From assembly GCA_036489235.1 (NCBI GenBank), contig DASXGC010000064.1, forward strand, positions 1-63,067: a stretch of DNA of 63,067 nt, written 5' to 3'. Source of the DNA: Vicinamibacterales bacterium (GTDB taxonomy: Bacteria > Acidobacteriota > Vicinamibacteria > Vicinamibacterales > CAVVIG01). Made by a program: the position numbers and the translations under genes. Positions 33,997 through 44,610 of the stretch are shown piece after piece; the first letter of the stretch is position 1; every line of letters begins with the position of its first letter. A model generated the notes under the pieces. It saw only the letters and a program-made list of their open reading frames with translations, was not told the DNA's origin and did no database searches.

Positions 33997-35808
33997 CTAT
34001 AGAACCGGCACCATCCAGGTCAACACATACGCCTGCAGCATCGCCAGTACGCCAACGAGAAAAGTAAACAGCAGGCTGTGAAAGACGACGCGCGCGAGGA
34101 TCTCGCCTTCGCGTCCGACCGCGCCGACGCCGGCTGCACCGACCGACAGATTCTGCGGGCTGATCATCTTGCCCATCACGCCCGCCGATCCGTTGGTCGC
34201 GCTCATCAGGATCGGATCCAGGCCGGACAGCTTCGCCGTCGTCGCCTGCAGCGGTCCGAACAGCGTGTTCGACGAGGTGTCGCTGCCGGTCAGGAAGACG
34301 CCGATCATGCCGAGCCAGGCCGCGAAGAATGGAAACAACTTCCCTGTTTTGGCCAGCGCCAGCGCCATCGACGAGGTCATCCCCGAATAGTTCATCACGG
34401 TGGAAATCGACAGGATGAAGGCAATGGTCACGACCGGCAGTTTCAGCTGGCGTCCGGTCTTGAGGGCGGTTGTGAAAAACGCCTTCGGTGGTACGCCGAC
34501 GATCAGCATCGGGATGAACGCGATCAGCGCGGCGATCACGACGAGCGTACCAGCAGCGGCGAGGAAATCGAGGCGGTAGGTCAGCGGATATGGCGTCGAG
34601 GCCGCGACGACCGGAACTTCGCGGCGGACGATCGCCGACGGCTTGCCGTTCTGCATCGTGTAGGCCCCGGGCCAACTGAACTCCCACACCGGAAACCGCA
34701 GCGCTTGCGGATTCACGGCGGCGCTCTCGCCAATCCACGGCTCGGGGCAGAGCGCGTTGCCGACCTGGCCGCACTTGAAGAGTGCGGTCACGTTCGCCGG
34801 CGGCTTCAGCTTCGACATACCGGCGAGGTTTCCGATCTGTCCGACCAGCACCGTCGCGATCAGAATCAGGTAAGTCGCGTAGGCGCGGAAGACGCGGGCG
34901 GGGGTGTCGCGTGGCGCCGCCGCGAATACCGTGACGTGCTGGGCGCTCTCCTTGAACTCTTGAGCCGGCTGCCACACCTGCAGCAGCAGCGCCACCGAGG
35001 TGAGGGAGAACAGCGCCGCAAGCACGTCCGTCAATTCGGGACCGACGAAATTCGAGACCGTGAACTGTCCGATCGCGAAGGTCGCGCCGGCAACGATGAC
35101 CGCGGGCCATACTTCGAGCATCCGCCGCCATCCGGCGTAGATCACTACCAGATAGGCAGGGATGAACAGCGAGAAGAACGGCAGCTGACGGCCGGCCATC
35201 TGGGACAAGGCGTGGGTCGTGCTCTGCACGTCATGGCCGAGCATCGGCGCCAATAGTCCGCCCAGCGTCGTGACCGGGATACCGAGCGAGCCGAACGCCA
35301 CCGGCGCGGTGTTGGCGATGAGCGACAGCGCCGCGGCCATGATCGGCTCGAAGCCGAGGCCGGCCAGCATCGAGGCGGTGATCGCGACCGGCGCGCCGAA
35401 GCCCGCGATGCCTTCGATCAACGCGCCGAAGCAGAACGCCACCAGCAGCAACTGGATCCGGCGATCGCTGGTCAGTCGCGAGAGCGACCGGCGAATGACG
35501 TCGAAGTCGCCGCTCTCGACGGTCAGGTTGTAGAAGAACACCGAGCAGATGACGATCCAGCTGATCGGCCAGAGCCCGTACGCCATCCCGTGGGTGGCGG
35601 CCGCCAGCGTCAGCGTAAACGGCATCCCCCACACCAGCCAGGCGAGTCCAAACGCGGCGGCGGCCGCAGCGATCGCCGACTTCCAGGGCACGACGCGCAG
35701 CCAAGCGAGAAGAACGGCCAGCAGCAGCGGGGGCAACGACGCGACGAGCGCGGACAGGAGGACACTGTCAGCGACGGGACTATAAGCCTGATGGAAGACC
35801 TCGGTCAT
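33997..35808 (-). CDS. L-lactate/glycolate permease (LctP family)
   Basis: A 603-aa polytopic protein whose N-terminus and overall pattern match my recollection of the LctP family. Confidence 0.8.
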   Translation of the reverse strand: MTEVFHQAYSPVADSVLLSALVASLPPLLLAVLLAWLRVVPWKSAIAAAAAAFGLAWLVWGMPFTLTLAAATHGMAYGLWPISWIVICSVFFYNLTVESGDFDVIRRSLSRLTSDRRIQLLLVAFCFGALIEGIAGFGAPVAITASMLAGLGFEPIMAAALSLIANTAPVAFGSLGIPVTTLGGLLAPMLGHDVQSTTHALSQMAGRQLPFFSLFIPAYLVVIYAGWRRMLEVWPAVIVAGATFAIGQFTVSNFVGPELTDVLAALFSLTSVALLLQVWQPAQEFKESAQHVTVFAAAPRDTPARVFRAYATYLILIATVLVGQIGNLAGMSKLKPPANVTALFKCGQVGNALCPEPWIGESAAVNPQALRFPVWEFSWPGAYTMQNGKPSAIVRREVPVVAASTPYPLTYRLDFLAAAGTLVVIAALIAFIPMLIVGVPPKAFFTTALKTGRQLKLPVVTIAFILSISTVMNYSGMTSSMALALAKTGKLFPFFAAWLGMIGVFLTGSDTSSNTLFGPLQATTAKLSGLDPILMSATNGSAGVMGKMISPQNLSVGAAGVGAVGREGEILARVVFHSLLFTFLVGVLAMLQAYVLTWMVPVL

Positions 35809-35878
35809 GGCCGAGCATTATGGCATTTACTGCTCGGCCAACGATCGAGGCATGACCGTGACGGTAGAATGTCGGAAA

Positions 35879-36280
35879 ATGACTGACCAGGGAGAGACAA
35901 GCCGTGACGTCCGGCTGGACGTGTGGCTCGATGTCTCGTGCCTCTATCGAACGCGATCGGAGGCGCAGAAAGCGTGCAAGTCCGGGAAAGTCATCGTCAA
36001 CGGCCAGCCTGCGAGGCAGAATCGGTCGGTGCGCAGCGGCGACGAGATCGAGTTGAGCCGGCCGCTTGGACGGAAACAGCTGCTGCGGGTTCTACAGCTC
36101 GCCGACCGCCACATCGCCAAAGCGAATGCCCGGACCCTATACGAGGACCTGACGCCAGCGCCGACCGCGGAGGAGATCGAGATGCGGCGGATGGAACGGA
36201 TGTTTCGCGCCGCAACGCCGAAGAAATCGCCAGACAAGCGTGATCGTCACGCACTCCGGCGGCTTCGCGGCCGCGAATAA
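35879..36280 (+). CDS. S4-domain RNA-binding protein (Hsp15/HslR-like)
   Basis: VRLDVWLDVSCLYRTRSEAQKACKSGKVIVNGQPARQNRSVRSGDEIEL is an S4 domain. Start chosen at MTDQGE. Confidence 0.7.
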   Translation: MTDQGETSRDVRLDVWLDVSCLYRTRSEAQKACKSGKVIVNGQPARQNRSVRSGDEIELSRPLGRKQLLRVLQLADRHIAKANARTLYEDLTPAPTAEEIEMRRMERMFRAATPKKSPDKRDRHALRRLRGRE

Positions 36281-36287
36281 TCGCGAG

Positions 36288-36323
36288 GCGATTCGAGCGT
36301 CGATAGTCCAACGCTCGAATCGC
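36288..36323. terminator. Perfect 12-bp hairpin between convergent genes
   Basis: GCGATTCGAGCG-12 nt-CGCTCGAATCGC. There is no U-tract on either side. Confidence 0.4.
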
Positions 36324-36335
36324 CAGTCGGCAGGA

Positions 36336-36614
36336 TTATTCCACCCGATTCCCGATATCACCGCCGGTGTGCCCGGTGCCCTGACGGTAGTTGCGCGTAC
36401 CGCCAACCTCGGTGCCGAGGCCTCCGGTCACGCCTTCGGTGATGTCGCGGCTGCCGGCATGCTCAGTGTCGCCATGCTGCGACCCACCGTTCATTCCATC
36501 GACTTCATCGGAAAGCTCATCGCCCGCGTTCTCACCGCGGCGCCGGACATTGTCGTGCGCGGAGGCTTTGGGCGTGATATCGCCGAGTATGCCGAATGTC
36601 GTTTCTTTGCTCAT
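36336..36614 (-). CDS. Small hydrophilic Gly/Asp/His-rich protein (92 aa), possible stress hydrophilin
   Basis: AAGGAG lies 7 nt upstream of the ATG (MSKETTFGILGD..). The protein has no hydrophobic core. Confidence 0.55.
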   Translation of the reverse strand: MSKETTFGILGDITPKASAHDNVRRRGENAGDELSDEVDGMNGGSQHGDTEHAGSRDITEGVTGGLGTEVGGTRNYRQGTGHTGGDIGNRVE

Positions 36615-36668
36615 GGTGTGCTCCTTGCCGATGGACATCGCAAGGGCTGTGCCGCGGAGTGGTCGAGG

Positions 36669-37358
36669 TTAGCCGGCATTTTTCTTCTCACGCATCAGCG
36701 AATACAGCAGTGATGCGCCGAAAATGACGACGATCAGACCCAGCGAGAGCCACACCGGAATCACGATCGCGATGTAGCCCTCGGTGTGAAGGTACTCGAT
36801 CAGCAATTTCACTCCGACCCACCCGATGATGACAAACGCGCCGTCCACGAGCGGCGGATAGCGCTCGACCAGCGACAGCAGCGAACCGATGACCAGCCGC
36901 ATCATCATGATGCCGAGAATGCCGCCGGTCAGAATGACCCAGAGCTTCGACGACATCGCCACGGCGACGAGGATCGAGTCGATGGCGAATACGATGTCCG
37001 TCAGTTCGACCTTCACGACCGTGGACCAGAACGGCGTCAGGCCGAACATGGAAGTAGCCGGCGGCGCCGTGCGGCGCTCGTCAGCATCGCCAGCGGCGAA
37101 ATGGTGACCGACGAGGTACAGGAGGTAGGCTGCTCCGAGCAACTTGACCCAGCCGAGGCGGATCAGAAAGGCCGCCAGCACAACGGCGACCGAGCGGAAG
37201 GCGAACGCGCCGAGGATGCCGTAACGAAGCGCCTTCTTCTGCTGCGGCTTCGGCAAACCCAGCACGAGGACCGCGAGCACCATCGCGTTGTCGGCGCTCA
37301 ACAGCCCCTCGAGCACGACCAGCAGCGCGATGGTGACGAAGTCCGACGCGTGAATCAC
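36669..37358 (-). CDS. TerC-family integral membrane protein
   Basis: The LLSADNAMVLAVL and FAIDSILVAVAM repeats are typical of TerC/Alx. Confidence 0.85.
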   Translation of the reverse strand: MIHASDFVTIALLVVLEGLLSADNAMVLAVLVLGLPKPQQKKALRYGILGAFAFRSVAVVLAAFLIRLGWVKLLGAAYLLYLVGHHFAAGDADERRTAPPATSMFGLTPFWSTVVKVELTDIVFAIDSILVAVAMSSKLWVILTGGILGIMMMRLVIGSLLSLVERYPPLVDGAFVIIGWVGVKLLIEYLHTEGYIAIVIPVWLSLGLIVVIFGASLLYSLMREKKNAG

Positions 37359-37382
37359 ACTCTAAGAATACTCTCGCTCAAG

Positions 37383-37411
37383 TTGACACGACCCATATCA
37401 AGGTGCATACT
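37383..37411 (+). promoter_or_regulatory. Candidate sigma70 promoter of hspR (TTGACA-17-CATACT), implying a near-leaderless mRNA
   Basis: The hexamers are read directly. The -10 element ends 9 nt before the ATG at 37421. Confidence 0.3.
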
Positions 37412-37420
37412 GGAATCCGC

Positions 37421-37768
37421 ATGGGGCTGTCGGAACCGGATCTGTTCCTCATCAGCATCGCCGCGCGCATGCTCGGCATGCACCCGCAAACCCTGCGCAA
37501 GTACGAACGGCTCGGTCTGGTGCAGCCGACGCGCACGATCGGCAGCATGCGCCTTTATTCGCGCGACGAGCTCGCCCGCATCAAAATCATCAAGCGCCTG
37601 GTGGACGATGGCGGGATCAACCTGGCGGGGGTGCAGCGGTTGCTCTCAATCGCGGAGGTGATTCAGCGGCTGCGTCCGCTGATTCAGGACGAAGCGCTAT
37701 CGGCGCGTGATACCCGCCGTGTGGCCCAGGAATTGGACGCGGTCAGCCGCATGCTCGGATTCGAATAA
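37421..37768 (+). CDS. hspR: MerR-family heat-shock repressor HspR (CbpM-like)
   Basis: ISIAARMLGMHPQTLRKYERLGLVQPTRT.GSMRLYSRDELARIKIIKRL. It sits directly upstream of a DnaJ-class gene and clpB. The track start at 37403 is an alternative. Confidence 0.8.
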   Translation: MGLSEPDLFLISIAARMLGMHPQTLRKYERLGLVQPTRTIGSMRLYSRDELARIKIIKRLVDDGGINLAGVQRLLSIAEVIQRLRPLIQDEALSARDTRRVAQELDAVSRMLGFE

Positions 37769-37771
37769 GCG

Positions 37772-38788
37772 ATGGATTTCAAAGACTACTACTCGACGCT
37801 CGGTGTGGCGAAAACCGCCAGCGCCAAGGAAATCAAGGCGGCCTATCGCAAGCTGGCGCGGAAACACCACCCCGACGTCAACCCGGGCGACAAGTCGGCC
37901 GAGGGAAAGATCAAGGACCTGAACGAAGCCTACGAGGTACTGAGCGACGCCGACAAGCGCAAGAAGTACGACGAGCTCGGCGCCAACTGGCGGGCCTACG
38001 AGCAGGCCGGTCCCGGTGCGGGCGCGGGCGCCGGCTACGCCCGCGGCTTCGATCCGAGCCAGGGCGGCGGCTGGAACGTCAACTTCGGCGGCGGCGGCAG
38101 TGGCTCGCGCACGATGACCGAGGAAGAGATGCGGAACATGTTCGGCGGCGGCGCCAGTCCCTTCTCCGACTTCTTCAATACGTTCTTCGGCGGCGGTCAG
38201 CAGGAGGAAGAGCCGAGAGGACGTGCGCGCGGCGCCCGCGGCGGCCGCGTCGCCCGTGCCGGACGCGACGTCGAGCAGGAAATGGACCTCGGCCTCGAGG
38301 ACGCCTTTCACGGCGCGATGCGACGGCTGTCGATCTCGTTCGACGGCGAACCGCGATCGGTGGACGTGCGGATTCCAGCCGGAGTCAGCGACGGCGCGCG
38401 CGTGCGCGTCGCCGGCGAAGGTGAACGCGGCAGCGGCGGGGGCAAGGCCGGCGACCTCTATCTCCGGCTCCGGATCGCGGCGCATCCGCAGTTCGAGCGC
38501 AAGGGACGGGATCTCTACACCCACGTGTCGATCGGGCTGACGACCGCGGTGCTCGGCGGCGAGGTGGAAGTGAAGACGCTCGGCGGCAAGTCGCTGCGCC
38601 TCAAGATCCCGCCGACCACTCAGAACGGTCAGGTTTTCAGACTGAAGGGCCACGGCATGCCGGTCACCGGCAAGCCGGAGGAGCACGGCGACCTCTACGC
38701 GACGGTCGATGTCCAGTTGCCGCGCGATCTGTCGCCCGAGCAGCGCGCGCACTTCGAGGCGCTGCAGAAACTCGAAAAGGCATCATGA
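37772..38788 (+). CDS. cbpA: DnaJ-class co-chaperone lacking the zinc-finger domain (CbpA-type)
   Basis: J domain [23 protein letters not shown], a Gly-rich linker and no CxxCxGxG repeats. Confidence 0.85.
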   Translation: MDFKDYYSTLGVAKTASAKEIKAAYRKLARKHHPDVNPGDKSAEGKIKDLNEAYEVLSDADKRKKYDELGANWRAYEQAGPGAGAGAGYARGFDPSQGGGWNVNFGGGGSGSRTMTEEEMRNMFGGGASPFSDFFNTFFGGGQQEEEPRGRARGARGGRVARAGRDVEQEMDLGLEDAFHGAMRRLSISFDGEPRSVDVRIPAGVSDGARVRVAGEGERGSGGGKAGDLYLRLRIAAHPQFERKGRDLYTHVSIGLTTAVLGGEVEVKTLGGKSLRLKIPPTTQNGQVFRLKGHGMPVTGKPEEHGDLYATVDVQLPRDLSPEQRAHFEALQKLEKAS

Positions 38789-41376
38789 ACATCAACAAGT
38801 ACACGGAGAAGGCGCGCGAAGCCGTCGCCGCCGCGATCGAGCTGGCGCGCCAAAGCAACAACCCGCAGGTCGAGCCGGAGCACCTCCTGGTGGCGCTGGT
38901 CGAACAGGCCGACGGCATCGTGCCGGAGCTGCTGCGGAAAATGAACGTCGATGTCGCCGGCGTCGTGCGCGGCGGTCGGGAGCTGCTCAAGAAGCTGTCG
39001 CAGGCCTACGGCGGTTCCGAACCGGGCATGTCGCCGCGCTTCAAGCTGGTGACCGACCAGGCGCAGGCCGAAGCCGACCGCATGAAGGACGACTTCGTCA
39101 GCACCGAACACCTCTTCATCGCGGTCGCGGACGAAGGCGGACGCTCCCCTTCTGCCCAGCTGCTCAAACAGCAGAAGGTCACGCGCGACACCATTCTTCA
39201 GGCGCTCTCGACCGTCCGCGGCTCCCAGCGCGTGACCAACGAGAATCCAGAAGGCACCTATCAGGCGCTCGAACGCTACGGGCGCGATCTGACCGACTTC
39301 GCGCGCAAAGGCAAGCTCGATCCGGTCATCGGCCGTGACGAAGAGATCCGCCGGGTCATCCAGGTGTTGTCCCGCCGCACGAAAAACAATCCCGTGCTCA
39401 TCGGCGAACCCGGCGTCGGCAAGACAGCGATTGTCGAGGGGCTCGCCAGCCGCATCGTCCGCGGCGACGTCCCCGAAGGCCTCAAGAACAAGCGCATCGT
39501 CGCACTCGACATGGGCGCATTGATTGCGGGAGCCAAGTACCGGGGCGAGTTCGAAGAGCGGTTGAAGGCCGTCCTCAAGGAAATTACCGACGCACAGGGC
39601 CAGGTCATTCTCTTCATCGACGAGCTGCACACCGTGGTCGGCGCGGGCGCGTCAGAAGGATCGATGGACGCCTCCAATATGCTGAAACCGATGCTGGCAC
39701 GCGGCGAACTGCATACCGTCGGCGCCACGACGCTCGACGAGTACCGGAAATACATCGAGAAGGATGCCGCCCTCGAGCGCCGCTTCCAGACGGTGCTCGT
39801 CAACGAGCCGACCGTCGAGGACACGATCAGCATCCTGCGCGGCTTGCGCGAGCGCTACGAGCTCCATCACGGCGTGCGTCTCAAGGATTCAGCGCTGGTT
39901 GCCGCTGCGGTCCTTTCGAATCGTTACATCGCCGATCGGTTTCTGCCCGACAAGGCGATCGACCTGGTGGACGAGGCGGCATCGAAGCTGCGCATGGAGA
40001 TCGATTCGATGCCGGTCGAGCTCGACGAGCTCGAACGCCGCATCATGCAGCTCGAGATCGAGCGCGAGGCGCTGAGGAAGGAAAAGGACAAGTCGTCCAA
40101 GGAGCGGCTCGCCAAGCTCGAGAAGGATCTTGCCGATTTGAAGGAAGATCGCGGACGGCTGGCCGCCCACTGGCAGCAGGAGAAGGATGCCATCCAGGCG
40201 TCGCGAAAGCTGAAGGAAGAACAGGAAGGCCTGCGCCTCGAGATCGAGAAGGCGCAGCGTGCTGGCGACTATACCAAGGCATCCGAACTGCAGTACGGCC
40301 GCGTGCCGGCCCTGGAACAGCGGATTCGGGAAGAAGAAGCACGACTCGCCGACGTCCAGAAGGGCAAGCGGATGCTCAAAGAGGAAGTGGACGAGGAGGA
40401 CATCGCCGAGGTGGTCAGCAAGTGGACCCACATCCCGGTCAGTCGTCTGATGGAAGGTGAGATCCAGAAGCTGATCCACATGGAAGAGCGGCTGCACAAT
40501 CGCGTCATCGGCCAGGACGAAGCCATCGTCGCCGTGTCGAATGCGATTCGACGCGCACGCGCGGGTCTCCAGGATCCCAACCGGCCGCTCGGAAGTTTTC
40601 TGTTCCTGGGGCCGACCGGCGTCGGAAAAACCGAGCTTGCACGCGCCCTTGCCGAGTTCCTGTTCGACGATGAGCAGGCGATGGTGCGCATCGACATGTC
40701 CGAATATCAGGAGAAACACACGGTATCGCGGATGATCGGCGCACCTCCGGGCTACGTCGGCTACGACGAGTCCGGGCAGCTGACAGAAGCCGTACGCCGC
40801 CGCCCGTACGCCGTTGTGCTCCTCGACGAGATCGAGAAGGCGCATCCCGACGTCCTGAACGTGCTCCTGCAGCTGCTGGACGATGGCCGCCTGACCGACG
40901 GACAAGGGCGCACGGTCGATTTCAAGAACACCGTCGTCATCATGACCTCGAATCTCGGCAGCCAGTTCCTGGTCGACGAGATCAACGAAGGCACGCGGCG
41001 ACAGGTGATGGATCAGCTGCGCGAGCACTTCCGGCCTGAGTTCCTGAACCGAATCGACGAGATCATCTTCTTCCACGCGCTGGGACGCGAGCACATGAAG
41101 CGGATCATCGACATCCAGCTCGCCGCCCTCGTGAAGCGACTCGATGAGCGCAAGATTCATGTCACGATGACGGATGCAGCGAAAGACCACTTGGTCCGCG
41201 AGGGCTATGATCCGATCTACGGCGCCCGCCCGCTGAAGCGGACCATCCAGCGGCGCGTGCTCGACCCACTCGCGCTGCGCGTGCTCGAAGGCCAGTTCCT
41301 CGAGGGCGACACGGTGGTCGTGGACGTCGCCGACGGCGGGCTGGTGTTCGAGAAACGCGAGGCGGTGAAAGCGTAG
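38785..41376 (+). CDS. clpB: ATP-dependent chaperone ClpB
   Basis: Two AAA modules ([15 protein letters not shown] and [15 protein letters not shown]) with a long coiled-coil middle domain. It overlaps the cbpA stop (ATGA). Confidence 0.95.
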   Translation: MNINKYTEKAREAVAAAIELARQSNNPQVEPEHLLVALVEQADGIVPELLRKMNVDVAGVVRGGRELLKKLSQAYGGSEPGMSPRFKLVTDQAQAEADRMKDDFVSTEHLFIAVADEGGRSPSAQLLKQQKVTRDTILQALSTVRGSQRVTNENPEGTYQALERYGRDLTDFARKGKLDPVIGRDEEIRRVIQVLSRRTKNNPVLIGEPGVGKTAIVEGLASRIVRGDVPEGLKNKRIVALDMGALIAGAKYRGEFEERLKAVLKEITDAQGQVILFIDELHTVVGAGASEGSMDASNMLKPMLARGELHTVGATTLDEYRKYIEKDAALERRFQTVLVNEPTVEDTISILRGLRERYELHHGVRLKDSALVAAAVLSNRYIADRFLPDKAIDLVDEAASKLRMEIDSMPVELDELERRIMQLEIEREALRKEKDKSSKERLAKLEKDLADLKEDRGRLAAHWQQEKDAIQASRKLKEEQEGLRLEIEKAQRAGDYTKASELQYGRVPALEQRIREEEARLADVQKGKRMLKEEVDEEDIAEVVSKWTHIPVSRLMEGEIQKLIHMEERLHNRVIGQDEAIVAVSNAIRRARAGLQDPNRPLGSFLFLGPTGVGKTELARALAEFLFDDEQAMVRIDMSEYQEKHTVSRMIGAPPGYVGYDESGQLTEAVRRRPYAVVLLDEIEKAHPDVLNVLLQLLDDGRLTDGQGRTVDFKNTVVIMTSNLGSQFLVDEINEGTRRQVMDQLREHFRPEFLNRIDEIIFFHALGREHMKRIIDIQLAALVKRLDERKIHVTMTDAAKDHLVREGYDPIYGARPLKRTIQRRVLDPLALRVLEGQFLEGDTVVVDVADGGLVFEKREAVKA

Positions 41377-43235
41377 TGGCTGGCAAGCGTTCGACTCCCC
41401 GGTTCAATCCGCGCAGCGGCGATCGTCGTGGGCCCGCCAAGCTCGGCCAGCGACCCTCCTCGCTCTGGTTCGGACTCGCGCTGATCCTGCTGGTCGGATT
41501 GGCGCAGGTCTATTTCCTGGCGCCGGCCGGCCGCACGATTTCGTACTCGGAGTTCAAGACGCTGTTGAAGGACGGCAAGGTCGCCGAGGTGGTCGTCAGC
41601 GGTCAGACCGTCCATGGCACGCTCAAGGACGAACCGGACAAGACCAAGCAGTTCACGACCACCCGCGTGGACGATTCGAAACTGACCGAGGAGCTGGAAG
41701 CCAAAGGGGTGAAGTACAGCGGCGAGCTGGACAATCACTGGATGTCCGACCTGCTCGGCTGGGTCGTGCCGCTGCTGTTCTTCGTCGGTATCTGGGGCTT
41801 CTTCTTCAGGCGGATGAGCGGCGCAGAAGGCGGCGTGATGTCGTTCGCAAGAAGCCGCGCCAAGATTTACGCCGACGACGAGGTCAAGGTGCGGTTCGTC
41901 GACGTCGCCGGAGTGGACGAGGCCCGCGAAGAGCTCAAGGAAATCGTCGAGTTTCTGAAGACGCCAAAGAAATACACCAACCTCGGCGGCCGGATCCCGA
42001 AAGGCGTACTCCTGGTCGGACCGCCGGGCACCGGCAAGACACTGCTGGCGCGCGCGGTCGCCGGCGAGGCGCACGTACCGTTCTTCAGCCTCAGCGGCTC
42101 TGAATTCGTCGAGATGTTCGTCGGCGTCGGTGCCGCGCGTATCCGCGACCTGTTTCAGCAGGCGGAGGCGAAGGCGCCGTGCATCGTCTTCATCGACGAG
42201 CTCGACGCGCTCGGCAAGGTGCGATCCCAGAGTCCGCTCGGCGGTCATGAAGAGCGCGAACAGACGCTCAACCAGCTGCTGGCGGAGATGGACGGCTTCG
42301 ACTCGCGCAAAGGCGTCATCATCATGGCGGCGACCAACCGGCCGGAGGTGCTCGATCCCGCGCTGCTCCGTCCGGGCCGATTCGATCGTCAGGTTCTGGT
42401 GGACAAGCCCGACGTCAAAGGCCGCGAAGAGATTCTCCGCATCCACGCGAAAGGCGTGAAGATGGCCGAGGGCGTGGACCTGCGTGTCGTGGCGGCACGC
42501 ACCGCCGGGTTCGCGGGCGCCGACCTCGCCAACCTCGTCAACGAGGCTGCCCTGCTCGCAGCCCGAGGCGACAAGACCCAAGTGGACATGCGCGACTTCG
42601 AGTCCGCAATCGATCGCGTCATCGCCGGGCTCGAGAAAAAGCGCGTGATGAGCACGAAAGAGCGCGAGATCGTGGCGTATCACGAGTCGGGGCACGCGAT
42701 TGTCGCGACCGTACTGCCAGGGCTCGATCCGGTCCATAAGATCTCGATCGTCCAGCGCGGGTTCGGAGCGCTCGGCTACACGATGCAGTTGCCGCTCGAG
42801 GATCGTTACCTGTTGCAGCGCAGTGATCTGCACAGTCAGCTCGCGGTGCTTCTGGGCGGACGGACGGCGGAAGAGATTGCGCTGGGGGAAATCTCCACCG
42901 GGGCGCAGAACGATCTGCAGCGCGCCACCGACATGGCGCGGGCGATGGTCACCGAGTGGGGCATGAGCGAGACGCTTGGCGCGGTGAACTACGACGGCAA
43001 CAAGCGCGCGCGCTTCCTCGACCTGCCGATGCCGCAGGAGCGCGGACTCTATAGCGAAAATACCGCCGAGACCATCGACGCCGAGATCAAGCGGATCGTC
43101 GGCGATGCGCACCAGAAGGCGCGCGACATCCTGAACGCGCATCGCCTCAAGCTCGAAAGCGTCACGCGACGATTGCTCGAAGTCGAGGTGATGGAAGGCG
43201 ACGAGCTGCGAACGCTGCTGACGGCAGCGGACTGA
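41376..43235 (+). CDS. ftsH: ATP-dependent zinc metalloprotease FtsH
   Basis: [18 protein letters not shown] and the HESGHA zinc motif. The GTG start overlaps the clpB stop by 1 nt. Confidence 0.95.
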   Translation: MAGKRSTPRFNPRSGDRRGPAKLGQRPSSLWFGLALILLVGLAQVYFLAPAGRTISYSEFKTLLKDGKVAEVVVSGQTVHGTLKDEPDKTKQFTTTRVDDSKLTEELEAKGVKYSGELDNHWMSDLLGWVVPLLFFVGIWGFFFRRMSGAEGGVMSFARSRAKIYADDEVKVRFVDVAGVDEAREELKEIVEFLKTPKKYTNLGGRIPKGVLLVGPPGTGKTLLARAVAGEAHVPFFSLSGSEFVEMFVGVGAARIRDLFQQAEAKAPCIVFIDELDALGKVRSQSPLGGHEEREQTLNQLLAEMDGFDSRKGVIIMAATNRPEVLDPALLRPGRFDRQVLVDKPDVKGREEILRIHAKGVKMAEGVDLRVVAARTAGFAGADLANLVNEAALLAARGDKTQVDMRDFESAIDRVIAGLEKKRVMSTKEREIVAYHESGHAIVATVLPGLDPVHKISIVQRGFGALGYTMQLPLEDRYLLQRSDLHSQLAVLLGGRTAEEIALGEISTGAQNDLQRATDMARAMVTEWGMSETLGAVNYDGNKRARFLDLPMPQERGLYSENTAETIDAEIKRIVGDAHQKARDILNAHRLKLESVTRRLLEVEVMEGDELRTLLTAAD

Positions 43236-43259
43236 CCGCGCTCCGTTTTTCGCTGCGTT

Positions 43260-44540
43260 CTATCGCGCCGGTTTCTTCGGGACCAGGCGGAGAATCTTGC
43301 CGGCGTTGCCGTCGGTCAGGACATACAGCGCGCCGTCCGGTCCTTCGCTGACGCCACGGATTCTGGTGTTCAGTTCGGTCAGCAGGCGTTCCTCGGCAAT
43401 CACCCGCTCGTCCTTCAGCACCAGGCGGACCAGCGCGCGCTCGACCAGCGCCGAGACGAACAGATCGCCTTGCCAGGCCGGAAACAGCTTGCCGTTGTAG
43501 AAGCTGATGCCGGCCGGCGCGATGTCGGGCGTCCAGAAGTAGACCGGCTGGACCATGCCGTCCTGTGCCGTTTTGTCGTGGTTGATCGGCTTGCCGGAAT
43601 AATCGCGGCCGTAACCGATGACAGGGAACCCGTAGTTCTTCCCCTTCTCGATGACGTTGATCTCGTCGCCGCCGCGCGGACCGTGTTCGCTCGCCCACAG
43701 CTTGCCGGTGCGGGGATGGATCGCGATCCCCTGCTGATCACGGAAACCGAGCGCGAAGATTTCTGGGCGCGCATCGGTGCGGCCGACGAATGGATTGTCC
43801 TTCGGGATCGAACCGTCGGAATTGATCCGCAGCACCTTGCCCATGTCGCTATCGAGCTGCTGCGGCTGCGGCCAATCGGAGGCGTTGAGGCGTACGCCAG
43901 ACGGAACCGTGGATGTGATCAGCAACGTGCCATCAGTCGCCTGAATCAGCCGGCCGCCGGTCCCTTCCGCGTCGAGCAGGACCTTCAGATCGGTCAGCCG
44001 CCGATCGTCTGCGGACAATCGGGTACTGGCCACGAGCAGCACGCCGGGATTCTGCGGCAGCGCGGCTTCATCGCTGCCATCCGGAAGCACCGTGTAGGTG
44101 ATGTAGATCGTGCGGTTGGTCGCGAAGGCGCGGTCGGCGCGGACCTCGAACAAGCCCTGGCCATGCGCATACAGGTTCTTCGGCAGGCCTTCCAACGGTT
44201 CGGAGACCTTGCCGTCGGTCCCGACGATCTTGATGCGGCCGGGACGCTCACCGACCAGCATCCGGCCGTCGGGCAGGAAGCTGAAACAGAACGCACCAGA
44301 AATGCCTTCCGCAACCGTCTCGACCTCGTACGCGGCGACGCGCGCCGGCACGGGCGCACGCGTCTGGCCGAGCCACGCGGGAATCGGCGAATAGCCGTCC
44401 GGCGCCGCACTGCCGTCTTCCGGCTTCGGCGGCGTGGCCGGTGCCAGAGGCCGAGGCACCGCGCGCACTTGCTGCGCTTCGATGATTGCCGTGCCGCCGA
44501 GCAGCAGAAATGCTGCGCAGCCTGCGATCGTCTTCCGCAT
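43260..44540 (-). CDS. Exported PQQ-dependent sugar dehydrogenase (soluble glucose/sorbosone dehydrogenase family)
   Basis: Signal peptide and beta-propeller-type repeats. ..GPRGGDEINVIEKGKNYGFP.. is typical of the family. Confidence 0.75.
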   Translation of the reverse strand: MRKTIAGCAAFLLLGGTAIIEAQQVRAVPRPLAPATPPKPEDGSAAPDGYSPIPAWLGQTRAPVPARVAAYEVETVAEGISGAFCFSFLPDGRMLVGERPGRIKIVGTDGKVSEPLEGLPKNLYAHGQGLFEVRADRAFATNRTIYITYTVLPDGSDEAALPQNPGVLLVASTRLSADDRRLTDLKVLLDAEGTGGRLIQATDGTLLITSTVPSGVRLNASDWPQPQQLDSDMGKVLRINSDGSIPKDNPFVGRTDARPEIFALGFRDQQGIAIHPRTGKLWASEHGPRGGDEINVIEKGKNYGFPVIGYGRDYSGKPINHDKTAQDGMVQPVYFWTPDIAPAGISFYNGKLFPAWQGDLFVSALVERALVRLVLKDERVIAEERLLTELNTRIRGVSEGPDGALYVLTDGNAGKILRLVPKKPAR

Positions 44541-44610
44541 CACGCCGCCTTCCAAAGGGACATTGCTATACTCAAAGTGCCTGCTTCATTATCGTCGTAA
44601 GGAATTTTTG

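Noticed and set aside
33734-35256. ORFs 33734..35131 (-) and 34078..35256 (+)
   Set aside because: They are alternative frames or the antisense strand of the lactate permease gene.
37359-37420. HAIR operator (CTTGAGT-N7-ACTCAAG) upstream of hspR
   Set aside because: Only one half-site-like CTCAAGT is present, and I could not find an inverted partner at the right spacing.
37697-43142. Minus-strand ORFs 37697..38752, 38695..39630, 39889..41190 and 41217..43142
   Set aside because: They are antisense to cbpA, clpB and ftsH.
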